DNA of 63,136 bases, filler included. It is 4 parts of 4 records of this genome, joined end to end, with 100 filler letters (N's around TTAATTAATTAA, not from the genome) between each part and the next. Parts side by side here need not be neighbours in the genome. Positions count along the whole stretch, not along the records: positions 13,289 to 40,919 come from SRR20825006_2127; 3 more parts are not named here. One strand, given 5' to 3'. Each line of letters begins with the position of its first letter. Positions within the stretch are counted from its first letter, which is position 1. Positions 17,578 to 26,921 of the stretch are shown here, piece by piece. The translations under genes were made by a program, and so were the position numbers. Under the pieces are notes generated by a model. It was not told where the DNA came from. It was given only the letters and a program-made list of their open reading frames with translations, and searched no databases.

Positions 17578-20211
17578 TTAATTTGATTCTAATTTCACTC
17601 CTATTTTGCCCGCTAAGCGTATTGCATGAACATGATTCGGGTCTTTCTCAATAATAAATTGAACCAATTTTCTAGCCTCATTTATTTTTTTAATATGAAC
17701 ATAAATCCAAGCAAGTTTCGTTCGGTCATCTAAGTTGTTATCATCTTGAACTATATAATCGTTAAGAATTGTTATTAATCTTCGAGATAGAGCTTTTTTT
17801 TCATCTTCTTTGGAATCTAAACTTCCATTACTTAATAATTGATTTAGTCTAGTCGCACAAGCACTTATTGCTGCTCCAGATACATTGTCAATTGCACACA
17901 TTTCAATTAATGAATGAATTTCACCAAAGAAATCTTTTTGCTTTGCATAAAGTTTAGATAATCTTTTCCAAACTGGTATTAACTTATTATAATCTTGCTC
18001 ATTCTGAATGAATTGCTGACATGCGCCAATTGCACCATTTTTATTGTTGACCTCTTCCAATAAGGTAGCATAGATAAGCCAGGAAGTATAATGTTTTCTA
18101 CATATATATTCTAAAACAGGTTTATAAAATGAAAGCTTATGGTTCTTACCAGTTCCGATATTCTGAGCAATTTGTCTAAAGAACTTCTCAAATCTTAATG
18201 TTACACCTTCATCAACATCAACTACCTTACCTACTCCGAACATCATTAAAATTTCTCTATCCTCCATTATTTTTTGCTTTAAAGGGGATACAGCTAACTT
18301 ATTATGACCAAAAAGATATGCTGAAAGTGGTAATGAAATGAATTTGGAATTATCTTTAGTGGATGAATAAATATCTATGAACGAAAATTTATGTAATTCG
18401 TCAATTGCAGATTCTACATCCATTTTTGTATCTGAAGTAGTAGATAAAACTGCTTCTAAGGCAATTTTTGGAATAGTTGACCTCCAACTACTTAAAGTAA
18501 GAAACACTTTTTTGGCTGCATAGGACAACATTGTATATGTCCTCTCGAATAAAGCTGTTAATAACTCATCTTGAGAGGCTACAATTCGATTAATATTACC
18601 TGCCTTTCCTTCTATTGAGACAACCCCCAATAAAATTTTAGCAACATAAGGATGTCCTAATGACTCCTCATATAACATATCAACGTATTTTTTTGTAATA
18701 AGATTTGTAATACCTAATTCATCACTTACTGAATCAACCAGTTCATTAAACTCATTTTCTTCCATTCCAGAAACTGTAATTGGATAATCTGCTCTAAATT
18801 CACTAATTCTGGAAGTAATTAATATTTTATTCGGAGTACGAATGTATGTATCTAACCATACAAACATTTCAGTTGGGTTTTTAACAGTTTCAAAATTGTC
18901 AAAAACCGCTAATAAAGGAGAAATCCCTTCTTGGTAATCACTAAGGTGTTTTTCAATAAATTTTCTCGAATTAAACCCTTTAGTTTTTAAAAGGCTTTCA
19001 TCAATCAATTTAACAAATTCTTTTGCAACATCTTCAATATCCAATACTTGTGGTTGAACAGATTTTGCTCCAGACTCCAATAAATCAATATCTCTAGAAC
19101 TAAACCAAATTATTGTTTGAAACCTATCTAATGAGCATAGTCCTTCTAAAACCCTAAGTGCCATACTAGTTTTCCCAATACCACCTCTCCCAAGAAGAGT
19201 AACCATTGGATGTCTTTCATTAACTAGAATCTTTTTCAATTCGTTCTCTAGCGATGGTCTATGAATATAGATTGAATCAACTTTTGGAAGATTTGTGAAA
19301 CAATTATCAATGACAGACAATTTTCTTTTTCCTTCAGTTTCACTCACTGGTAAATCACCAGGTGGCATCAAATATTTTGAATTGTCTTTACTGTCTCTGC
19401 TCCCAGTGGAATAAGAAAGTACTTCATAACGTTTATTGCTAAACCCGCCATTAGGAAAATAAAAATCTGAGAGATCTTTATCTGACTTAATAAGTTCTAC
19501 AAAAACTGGCCTGTTCAAATATATATATACCCCATTTTCTAAATTTTGGGATTTACCAACATTAGATTTTAAAAAATTAAAGCTTGGGCTATTTTCGGAG
19601 ATTGGTTTTACATTATACTTTCCAGACAAATTTTGCGATAAATATGCCCATTCAAAATCAAAAATTGAAAAATTACCGCTTATCAATTCCAGAGACTTTT
19701 CTAAATACGGGCAAATTTGAGAACTCACTCCACTTCTTAAAGCTCCATGCCCCCTAGTTTTATTCCTTAATTGAGAAAACATAGAAAACCAATTAATTAA
19801 ATTAGTTTTTGATGGAATTTCATTGACGGCAACCCCAATGATTTTTAAACATTCATTTAACGATGAGATTGAGTCGTGTTGCCAAGTTCCAGCCTTAACT
19901 TTTTGCGTTATTTCCTTTTGGGGGTTTCTTAATTGTATATTTAAATGATGTGAAGTTGGGCCTGAAACAATTTCCAAAATCGCTTTACCCCAATCTCCGA
20001 TTCCATCCGCCCTTACTAAATGGTATGCTTGTGAATATTTGTGTTTTTTTGAATCTTCTTCAACTCCTGCTAACATTGAAGCGCATATTAATTTGGTCAG
20101 AAGTTCACCTGTATATAGTAATGCTAAAAAATAAGCGGAATCAGAATCTTCCTTTTCAATTAAGTTTTTAGCCCAAACTTGTTTTAATATTTTATTACGC
20201 TTCTGATACAT
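17578..20211 (-). CDS. STAND/NB-ARC NTPase with uncharacterised N-terminal domain and helical/TPR-like C-terminus (candidate antiphage)
   Basis: TNLP...IHR, Walker A GRGGIGKT, Walker B LLAVFDNFE, sensor ILITSR, GHPY; very AT-rich. Confidence 0.85.
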   Translation of the reverse strand: MYQKRNKILKQVWAKNLIEKEDSDSAYFLALLYTGELLTKLICASMLAGVEEDSKKHKYSQAYHLVRADGIGDWGKAILEIVSGPTSHHLNIQLRNPQKEITQKVKAGTWQHDSISSLNECLKIIGVAVNEIPSKTNLINWFSMFSQLRNKTRGHGALRSGVSSQICPYLEKSLELISGNFSIFDFEWAYLSQNLSGKYNVKPISENSPSFNFLKSNVGKSQNLENGVYIYLNRPVFVELIKSDKDLSDFYFPNGGFSNKRYEVLSYSTGSRDSKDNSKYLMPPGDLPVSETEGKRKLSVIDNCFTNLPKVDSIYIHRPSLENELKKILVNERHPMVTLLGRGGIGKTSMALRVLEGLCSLDRFQTIIWFSSRDIDLLESGAKSVQPQVLDIEDVAKEFVKLIDESLLKTKGFNSRKFIEKHLSDYQEGISPLLAVFDNFETVKNPTEMFVWLDTYIRTPNKILITSRISEFRADYPITVSGMEENEFNELVDSVSDELGITNLITKKYVDMLYEESLGHPYVAKILLGVVSIEGKAGNINRIVASQDELLTALFERTYTMLSYAAKKVFLTLSSWRSTIPKIALEAVLSTTSDTKMDVESAIDELHKFSFIDIYSSTKDNSKFISLPLSAYLFGHNKLAVSPLKQKIMEDREILMMFGVGKVVDVDEGVTLRFEKFFRQIAQNIGTGKNHKLSFYKPVLEYICRKHYTSWLIYATLLEEVNNKNGAIGACQQFIQNEQDYNKLIPVWKRLSKLYAKQKDFFGEIHSLIEMCAIDNVSGAAISACATRLNQLLSNGSLDSKEDEKKALSRRLITILNDYIVQDDNNLDDRTKLAWIYVHIKKINEARKLVQFIIEKDPNHVHAIRLAGKIGVKLESN

Positions 20212-20323
20212 CTATCAAAAATTATTTGATAGAAATTTAACAAGAATTCAATTACCTAATATGAGCTACATAAAAAAACTATTAAGTTTTATTCAACAAT
20301 ATTATTAAATAGTAAAATTGATT

Positions 20324-20701
20324 TTAAAAATAAAGTAAAAATATCACCCTTCCAAGAAGCTCTTCTCCCATTTCAGGCTTCAATCCATAATCCTGTAGGC
20401 TGCCCACAGGGTTTTTAAAGCTCAGTTGGGTGGTTTGGGCATCAATTTCTTGTAGTACCAGTTTTAAGGGGATATCGTTTATGGCCAAAGGGTCGTTCGC
20501 CATAATTTCCGCAATGTATTTGGGGTGGAAAAAGAGCAATTGCCGCAAGTGCGGTATGTACACGCCATGCTTCGCCACAATGGCCTGGGTGTCTATCTCG
20601 TGGAGGAGCAAAAAGCCATGGTCTACAATGCGTTTTTTCAGGGCGCCGTACAATTGCCCAAAGGGCAGCGGCAGGGTATGGTGGATCACATGGGCTTTCA
20701 T
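20324..20701 (-). CDS. DUF302-family protein
   Basis: GFLLLHEIDTQ, LLFFHP, DIPLKLV; start 20701 just downstream of AraC gene. Confidence 0.75.
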   Translation of the reverse strand: MKAHVIHHTLPLPFGQLYGALKKRIVDHGFLLLHEIDTQAIVAKHGVYIPHLRQLLFFHPKYIAEIMANDPLAINDIPLKLVLQEIDAQTTQLSFKNPVGSLQDYGLKPEMGEELLGRVIFLLYF

Positions 20702-20711
20702 CTGGGATCCA

Positions 20712-21596
20712 TTAGGCCATGGCGGCACGGGCAAAGCCCACCGTTTCGCGATAGGTTTTGGGCGAAATGTCCGCATTGTTCTTAAAAAAGCGGCTAAAAT
20801 AGTGCTCATCGTCATACCCAAGGTCGTAGGCAATCTCCTTTACCGTTTTGTTGGTGAGGTACAGCTCGCGCTTGGCCTCAATAATGATCCGTTCGCTGAT
20901 CAGGTGGGTCATCGTCTTGTTAAAATGGTTTTTGGTCATCTTGGCGAGGGCCTTGGGGCTGATGTTCAGCAAATCGGCATACTCCCCCGCGGAGTGCTTG
21001 GATTTGTAGTGGGTCTCTATCAGGTTTTTGAGCTTTTGGAGGATAAACGGTTCCTTCTCGTCCGGGGTGCCCTCCAAGGCTTCGGGCTGTTGCTTGGCCT
21101 TGGCACGGGAGGCTGTGATCAAAAATATTTTAAGGTAGGAGACCAACAGCTCGTACTGCGCCAGCTCCGATTTTTGCACTTCGGTGTACATCTGCTCCAG
21201 AACCAACTCAAACTGTTGGGACATGCTCTCCGTAACGCAAAGCGTGGGCGGACTGTAAATATTGTTGAAGAGCACCCCGTTGCAGGCCACCTGTTCGTGG
21301 TGCTTGTGGATGCAGAAAAAATCGGGGTGAAACTGCAACACCACACCCTCCAACGGTTCTTCCTCAGTTAGGGCAAAAGGCTGATAGGGCGTTACGGCAA
21401 TTAGGGTGTTTGGCGTAAACGCGTACTCCGAAAAGTCCACTTGGGCGGTGCCCCTCCCCTTTTTTATCCAGATCAAGGAATAATGGTTCAACCGGTGCGT
21501 ATCGCAAAACTGGCAGCCATCCTCAAATTCGGAGAGTTTAAAGGCCAGGTTTCCGGTCTGTTCGTCGATGAGCGTGTTGGTGTTGTAAATATCCAT
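20712..21596 (-). CDS. AraC-family transcriptional regulator (Bacteroidetes type)
   Basis: YADLLNIS, RIIIEAKRELY, KEIAYDLGYDD.HYFSRFFK. Confidence 0.93.
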   Translation of the reverse strand: MDIYNTNTLIDEQTGNLAFKLSEFEDGCQFCDTHRLNHYSLIWIKKGRGTAQVDFSEYAFTPNTLIAVTPYQPFALTEEEPLEGVVLQFHPDFFCIHKHHEQVACNGVLFNNIYSPPTLCVTESMSQQFELVLEQMYTEVQKSELAQYELLVSYLKIFLITASRAKAKQQPEALEGTPDEKEPFILQKLKNLIETHYKSKHSAGEYADLLNISPKALAKMTKNHFNKTMTHLISERIIIEAKRELYLTNKTVKEIAYDLGYDDEHYFSRFFKNNADISPKTYRETVGFARAAMA

Positions 21597-21600
21597 ATTT

Positions 21601-21726
21601 GTTCAGTTTTCAGTAGGCAGTTGTCAGTATTCAGTTGGCAGTTCTCAGTTTTCTAAAACTTGATGTCTTACGTCTTACGTCGGATGTCCTATGTCCTATG
21701 TCCTATGTCTGATATCTGACGTCTGA
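21601..21726. repeat. Two adjacent heptamer tandem arrays
   Basis: 7 x NNNCAGT (21601-21649) and 9 x degenerate YGTCYKA (21664-21726). Confidence 0.85.
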
Positions 21727-21728
21727 AA

Positions 21729-22145
21729 TTAAAGTCTTCTCTCCGTTTCGGCTATCGGCAGGTCGTTGATGCTGGCGTAGCGTTTCTGCATAAGCCCGTG
21801 CTCGTTGAACTCCCAATTCTCGTTTCCATACGCGCGAATCCACGCTCCTTCGCCATTCTGGTATTCGTATTCAAAACGAACTGCAATCTTATTGTCGGTA
21901 AAGGCCCATAGTTCCTTTCTTAATTTGTAATTTTTTTCTTTTTGCCACTTTTTCGTCAAAAAGGAAACCACGGCTTCGCGCCCGTTGATAAACTGCGAAC
22001 GGTTGCGCCATTCGGTGTCCACGGTATACGCTTTGCTTACCTTTTCGGGGTCTTGGCTGTTCCAGGCATCTTCGGCCAGTTGTACTTTTTCCTTGGCGGT
22101 CGCCTCCGTAAAGGGAGGCAACGGATATTTTTTCTCTAGTTCCAT
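21729..22145 (-). CDS. DUF1348 / NTF2-like (SnoaL-like) protein
   Basis: [46 protein letters not shown]. Confidence 0.9.
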   Translation of the reverse strand: MELEKKYPLPPFTEATAKEKVQLAEDAWNSQDPEKVSKAYTVDTEWRNRSQFINGREAVVSFLTKKWQKEKNYKLRKELWAFTDNKIAVRFEYEYQNGEGAWIRAYGNENWEFNEHGLMQKRYASINDLPIAETERRL

Positions 22146-22215
22146 AATGGTGATTTTTATAATTGAAAAAAGGGCGGGACCTATGGCGGGGCCGCGCCCT
22201 ATCAGCTAATTAAAA

Positions 22216-22683
22216 CTACTTGCTGTTTTTGACCGCGGGCCAATTGGCGTGTGCCGCCGTTTTCAGCTCCGTAGTGCGTTGTCCCCAATCTTCGTAGGTG
22301 TTGAAAGGCTCCCCGTTGAAGGGCCCGTTGAAGAAGAGGTACAATTTGCCATCGATCACCGTATAGGTTTCCGGGTTGATGGGAAACTTGGTCGATTTTG
22401 CCCCTACGCCCCAAGCACAGTAGCCATCAAACTGAGGCAAATAATTGTTGGGAGATTTTTTAAAGGCATCCTGATTCGCCTTGTTGGCAAAGTAATAGGT
22501 GGCACCGTGATGCTTCACAGCATAACTATTGCTTCCGTGTTGTGCTTTTCCCGAAAAATAGGAAACCACATCGTACCCGCCCACGGCCAGACCGTTATCG
22601 TCCACCGGAGGGGTTTGTGCCTGCACGCTGATAGCGGCAAACAACACAATTCCAAAAAGAAATAAATTTCCAAACGTTTTCAT
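22216..22683 (-). CDS. Secreted YHS-domain protein
   Basis: Signal peptide; GYDVVSYF, YYFAN..N...F...P..Y.PQFDGYCAWG, DGKLYLF. Confidence 0.88.
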   Translation of the reverse strand: MKTFGNLFLFGIVLFAAISVQAQTPPVDDNGLAVGGYDVVSYFSGKAQHGSNSYAVKHHGATYYFANKANQDAFKKSPNNYLPQFDGYCAWGVGAKSTKFPINPETYTVIDGKLYLFFNGPFNGEPFNTYEDWGQRTTELKTAAHANWPAVKNSK

Positions 22684-22711
22684 TTGTTTTGATTTTAAGA
22701 TTATTGATTGC

Positions 22712-23257
22712 TTATACCGTAGCCACTTCCACCACTGGAAAGTCAATATCGGTGTTGGCGGTATTGTTGAAATAATTGGTCAAGATGTTCAAGGCTACGT
22801 GTGCAACGATCTCGCCCACGGCACCGTCGGTATAGCCAGCGACTTTTACAGCTTCCACATCTTCCGAGGAAACACGACCGTTTTTGCTGATCAAGGTTTT
22901 CGCAAACTGAAGCGCAGCGGCCACTTTGGGGTCAGCGTTGATGCCTTCTCTTGCCGCTTGAAGCGTGTCGGTATCGATGCCCACCAATTTTTCACCGATA
23001 AAGGAGTGGGCGGAAAGGCAATAATTACAGGCGTTGGACTCTGCAACGGACAAGGCCAACAATTCGCCCAATTTTCCGCCCAAAGATCCTTTGCCCAGAG
23101 CATCGCTCAAGTTGAGGTAGCCCTCCAAAACGGCCGGGGAGTTCCCCATGGTTTTCATCATGTTGGGAACCATTCCCAATTTGGCTTGGATGCCGTCGAA
23201 TAATTCTTTTGATCTTCCAGTGGCTACTTTTGGATCTAATGCTTGTAAACGTGTCAT
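22712..23257 (-). CDS. AhpD-like / carboxymuconolactone decarboxylase family peroxidase-related protein
   Basis: GMVPN, ELLAL.VA..NACNYCLSAH, TNYFN...T.IDFP. Confidence 0.9.
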   Translation of the reverse strand: MTRLQALDPKVATGRSKELFDGIQAKLGMVPNMMKTMGNSPAVLEGYLNLSDALGKGSLGGKLGELLALSVAESNACNYCLSAHSFIGEKLVGIDTDTLQAAREGINADPKVAAALQFAKTLISKNGRVSSEDVEAVKVAGYTDGAVGEIVAHVALNILTNYFNNTANTDIDFPVVEVATV

Positions 23258-23304
23258 AACTTTCTATTTTTTTAATGAATAAATGGTTTGTCATTATTGA
23301 CATT

Positions 23305-23370
23305 ACAAAGGTGCGATGGTGCGTGTTCGGATAAAATGGACAGATGCCGCAACTCCTTGGATAATTTTCC
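23305..23370 (-). promoter_or_regulatory. Putative activator-dependent promoter with 21-bp-spaced direct repeats
   Basis: ACAAAG at 23305, TGGAC at 23337, TGGAT at 23358; same layout at 24244. Confidence 0.6.
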
Positions 23371-23400
23371 CCATTGCGAAATACCTGACTGATTATCAAC

Positions 23401-23436
23401 AAAAAAAGAAGGGCCGAACCTATGGTTCGACCCCTC
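23401..23436 (-). terminator. Intrinsic terminator after the cysteine hydrolase gene
   Basis: Minus strand GGGTCGAACC-ATA-GGTTCGGCCC followed by T tract. Confidence 0.65.
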
Positions 23437-23469
23437 ATCACTCCACTGCAACATCACGCTCACTGACGT

Positions 23470-24204
23470 TTATTTGATTGGATGCATTTTCAATTCTTTC
23501 ACCAATTCATCGGTAGTGAACACCCGGCTGGAAATCATTTTATAGTTGGTCTGGGCAGCTTGGTTGCCATCCAATCCAGGTAATATGGCAGAAGCGGTAG
23601 CGTCGCCGACCACGGCAACCTCAAAACCGTTCTCCACCAGTTCCCTCATGTGCGATTCGGCACACAGGTTACCGGACATTCCGGCCAAGATTACTTTGTC
23701 CACCCCTTGTTTGCGCAACTGCAGGGCCAAATCGTTGGACTCGGAACCGAACACTTTGTGCGGGCTGGTCACCACTACCCTATCCTTGTTGATGTACTTT
23801 TTGTAGCGGGGCAACCAATCGGCACCGGAACCTTCAAACCCTATTACGTTCAATTGGTCCCCACGATCGAACATGCTGATGTTGTGCATCAACTTTTCAA
23901 GGGTTCCCTCAAACTTCCACACGTGGTCGTGTTCGTAGTAGTAGTGGGGAGAAATGAACACTGGGATGTTGTACTGTTCACCCAACTTAAAAATGGTCTC
24001 CAAATTTTCGATGGTGTTGTTCTCTTGGACACTTTGTCCCACGGCACCCCAAGCCACTCCATCAGGGCTAAGAAAATCGTTTTGTGGATCGGTGATCACA
24101 ATGGCGGTGGTTTCGTCAATAATAAAACCTGGTTCTGGCAATTGGGCATGCACGCCCGTAACGGTAATCAAGAACAGGGTCACTGTTCGCATCAAATTTT
24201 TCAT
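23470..24204 (-). CDS. Isochorismatase-family cysteine hydrolase, probably secreted
   Basis: TDPQNDFLS, SPHK, LAGMSGNLCAESH, VVGDATA; signal peptide. Confidence 0.88.
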   Translation of the reverse strand: MKNLMRTVTLFLITVTGVHAQLPEPGFIIDETTAIVITDPQNDFLSPDGVAWGAVGQSVQENNTIENLETIFKLGEQYNIPVFISPHYYYEHDHVWKFEGTLEKLMHNISMFDRGDQLNVIGFEGSGADWLPRYKKYINKDRVVVTSPHKVFGSESNDLALQLRKQGVDKVILAGMSGNLCAESHMRELVENGFEVAVVGDATASAILPGLDGNQAAQTNYKMISSRVFTTDELVKELKMHPIK

Positions 24205-24243
24205 GATATTCTTTTTAACTGATTAAACTTAAATTTTGATGGA

Positions 24244-24309
24244 ACAAAGTTGCGGCAGTACCAAATGGAAAAAAATGGACGAACTACGCTACTGTATGGA
24301 CAATTTTCT
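24244..24309 (-). promoter_or_regulatory. Second copy of the putative promoter/operator
   Basis: ACAAAG at 24244, TGGAC at 24276 and 24297. Confidence 0.6.
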
Positions 24310-24431
24310 TTTTGCAGGGTAAAATAAAATCCGTTGGTTCAAAACGGCCATTCCTCAATTCAAAAGGGGCATTCGTCAATTGAGTACGTAGAATTATTGC
24401 ATATTGTGTAGTTTGGTAAAAAAATAAGAGT

Positions 24432-24551
24432 ATGACTACGCTTGAAACGATAAACGCCTTACAGATTTTTTGTTTAGTGGTATTGGGATTCATCATTTTT
24501 ATGGTAGGTTGGCTCCTTGGCGCCGAGTTCACCAGAAAATACAGGTGTTAA
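24432..24551 (+). CDS. 39-aa single-TM peptide
   Basis: Hand translation MTTLETINALQIFCLVVLGFIIFMVGWLLGAEFTRKYRC; A-rich leader. Confidence 0.45.
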   Translation: MTTLETINALQIFCLVVLGFIIFMVGWLLGAEFTRKYRC

Positions 24552-24610
24552 AACAATACCTCAGTTTTTAAAACGTTCCTACACACTCCAAACCTACTTA
24601 AACCTACTTA

Positions 24611-24979
24611 GCCATTTTTTGGAGAGACCCTAACATTCAAAGCATTCTAGCCTATATAGGAGATGGGCAGTACATTATACGAATAGATCGTTTGCGCAAC
24701 GGCGAAATCCGTTACCTCTGCTGGAACAAGCGCAACGGTATATTGACCAAGCCCAACCTAATTCTTGGAAATGGGGAAGTAAGGGAGTCTGCCGAGGGAG
24801 AGACCACGGAATACGTGTTTACGCACGAGGAAAGTACGTTTTCGGTGGAGCACATTCATCCCAAAAAAAGTGGGATGCCCAATTATTATTTTGTTGAGGT
24901 CACCGATAAGGACCAAAAAAAAAGTACTTGGAAAATGGAGCAACTGCCCATCCCCAAGTACCTTGAATCGTTATTTTAA
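24611..24979 (+). CDS. Hypothetical protein, start uncertain (no ATG)
   Basis: Open frame from 24602 (AIFWRDPNIQS...IRIDRLRNGEIRYLCWNK...); ORF track starts at TTG 24692. Confidence 0.55.
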   Translation, partial: AIFWRDPNIQSILAYIGDGQYIIRIDRLRNGEIRYLCWNKRNGILTKPNLILGNGEVRESAEGETTEYVFTHEESTFSVEHIHPKKSGMPNYYFVEVTDKDQKKSTWKMEQLPIPKYLESLF

Positions 24980-24987
24980 AAAAGGGG

Positions 24988-26175
24988 CTATCCCTTGTAA
25001 GTGACCCTATAAATGGCGTTGCCCTCATCGTCGGAGATGAGCAGGGAACCATCTTGCAGGAACAGCAAATCCACTGGCCTACCAAATGCCTCTTGCGATT
25101 CTTCGTCCAGCCAGCCATCTATAAAAGGTTCGTAGCTTACGGCCTCGCCGTTTTCCAGTTTTACCATGCTTACCCTGTACCCCACTTTTTTGGAGCGATT
25201 CCAAGAACCATGCTCCGCCAAAAATGCCTGTCCGGTATATTGCTCCGGGAACATAGGGCCTTGCCCAAACTTAACGCCCAAAGCTGCTACGTGTGCCTGT
25301 AATGTCTGTACTGGTGGCACAAAATCTGAACAGGGACGTTGATCCCCGTATTCGGGATCCTTCACGGTTCCGCCATGGCAGAACGGATATCCGAAGTGCT
25401 GGCCTACCTCTGTAAGTTTATTCAGTTCTCCGGGGGGAAGGTCGTCGCCCATCATATCCCTATTATTATCGGTAAACCAAAGTTCCTTGGTTTCTGGATG
25501 CCAAGTGAATCCTACGGTGTTTCGTACCCCATTGGCCACGATTTCACGGTTACTGCCATCCAAATCCATTCGGGTGATGGAGGCATAACGCTTGTCCACA
25601 GTGGCACTATCACAAATATTACAGGGTGCCCCAACAGGTACGTAGAGTTTGTCATCAGGTCCAAAGGCAATGTATTTCCAGCCGTGGTGGAACTCGGTCG
25701 GGTAATCGTCGTAGACCAGTTCTGGCTCCTTTGGGTCTTCCAACTGCGACTCAATATCCGAATACTTGAACATTTTGCTCACCGCGGCAACGTAGAGGGC
25801 TCCATCCTTGAACGCAACTCCGTTTGGCTGCTCCAAATCGGATGCAATGGTATAGGTTTTGTCCACCCTATAATCACCATCCGTATCTTTAAGCGCATAT
25901 ACCTTTCCTTCGTTACGGGTACCCACGAAAAGGGTGCCATCGGCCCCCATGGCCATGGAACGGGCACCTTCAATATTTTCCGCATATACATCTATGCTAA
26001 AACCATCGGGCAGGTTTAGGCGGTCCAATGGCAAATCTGTGGTGGTTTCGGTATTTTCCGCTACTTCTTCTTCGGTTGATTCTTCTTGGTTTTTCTTATT
26101 GTCCTTACAGGCCGCAAAAGCCGTCAAGAGCATCAACATAAATATTGACCGTTGGGTCAAAGTGTACATTTTCAT
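24988..26175 (-). CDS. PQQ-dependent sugar / sorbosone dehydrogenase family lipoprotein
   Basis: Lipobox FAAC; HHGWKYIAFGPD.KLYVPVGAPCNIC, GVRNTVGF.WHP, AEHGSWNR, GRPVD. Confidence 0.9.
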   Translation of the reverse strand: MKMYTLTQRSIFMLMLLTAFAACKDNKKNQEESTEEEVAENTETTTDLPLDRLNLPDGFSIDVYAENIEGARSMAMGADGTLFVGTRNEGKVYALKDTDGDYRVDKTYTIASDLEQPNGVAFKDGALYVAAVSKMFKYSDIESQLEDPKEPELVYDDYPTEFHHGWKYIAFGPDDKLYVPVGAPCNICDSATVDKRYASITRMDLDGSNREIVANGVRNTVGFTWHPETKELWFTDNNRDMMGDDLPPGELNKLTEVGQHFGYPFCHGGTVKDPEYGDQRPCSDFVPPVQTLQAHVAALGVKFGQGPMFPEQYTGQAFLAEHGSWNRSKKVGYRVSMVKLENGEAVSYEPFIDGWLDEESQEAFGRPVDLLFLQDGSLLISDDEGNAIYRVTYKG

Positions 26176-26295
26176 TTTACTAGTTTAGATGTTTTAGTTT
26201 CTGAATCAATAAAGCTATGACAAAATGATGGAAAGTGGAAAGATATCGCGAGCCAATGGCAGAAAGCCCAACAAGATTTTGATGGTCTCCCCTAC

Positions 26296-26853
26296 CTATT
26301 CTTTCTTTTTATACTCGGAAAGATTGCCCTGGTACCAAATATTGGTCCGTTGGCTACTGGAGACCGTGAGTCGGGCATTTCCGTTGGGATATAGCTGGGC
26401 GATAACCTGATAACTCTCGGAATCTTCGGTAATGTTGAAACGCATGGTTTTCCCCGAATCCTTTTTATTGGGAGAAAATGAAAGGTCTTTGGGTATGCCC
26501 TCAAACATTATTCCGGTCTTGTTCTGATTGTAATATCCACCCATACGGCGCTCCCCGAAGAAAGGTAAATCTGCCTTAACGCTGTCGCCCACCATACGTA
26601 AATAACCACCTGACCCGCTAATATCTATACGGCTAGCGGTACTGCCAAAGGGCAAAAGCCCAGCATTGGCAATGCTGTTCAATCCTTGGCTGGCCATGGG
26701 TTGGGCCCAATTGGCAGCGATTTCAAATTGCTGATCGGCAATCATTTTATCCAAAGCGGCGATTGCTTCGGGGGATGCTTGGTCTTTGCTAGATGCACAG
26801 GCTACAGACACTAAAAGCAAAAGATAAGCCCCAAATTTTATAATAGATTTCAT
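26296..26853 (-). CDS. DUF4251-like lipoprotein
   Basis: Lipobox VAC; GDSVKADLPFFGE motif. Confidence 0.75.
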   Translation of the reverse strand: MKSIIKFGAYLLLLVSVACASSKDQASPEAIAALDKMIADQQFEIAANWAQPMASQGLNSIANAGLLPFGSTASRIDISGSGGYLRMVGDSVKADLPFFGERRMGGYYNQNKTGIMFEGIPKDLSFSPNKKDSGKTMRFNITEDSESYQVIAQLYPNGNARLTVSSSQRTNIWYQGNLSEYKKKE

Positions 26854-26921
26854 TTGGTTTAAAATTAATTCGACTTAAAATACGAAAAAGCCAAACCAAT
26901 TCCGAGACAAATAACGGAGTC

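Noticed and set aside
21601-21726. CRISPR array
   Set aside because: 7-bp tandem units without unique spacers; no cas genes
22216-22683. Selenoprotein version of the YHS protein
   Set aside because: The GYCAWG position is a Cys codon; no in-frame TGA
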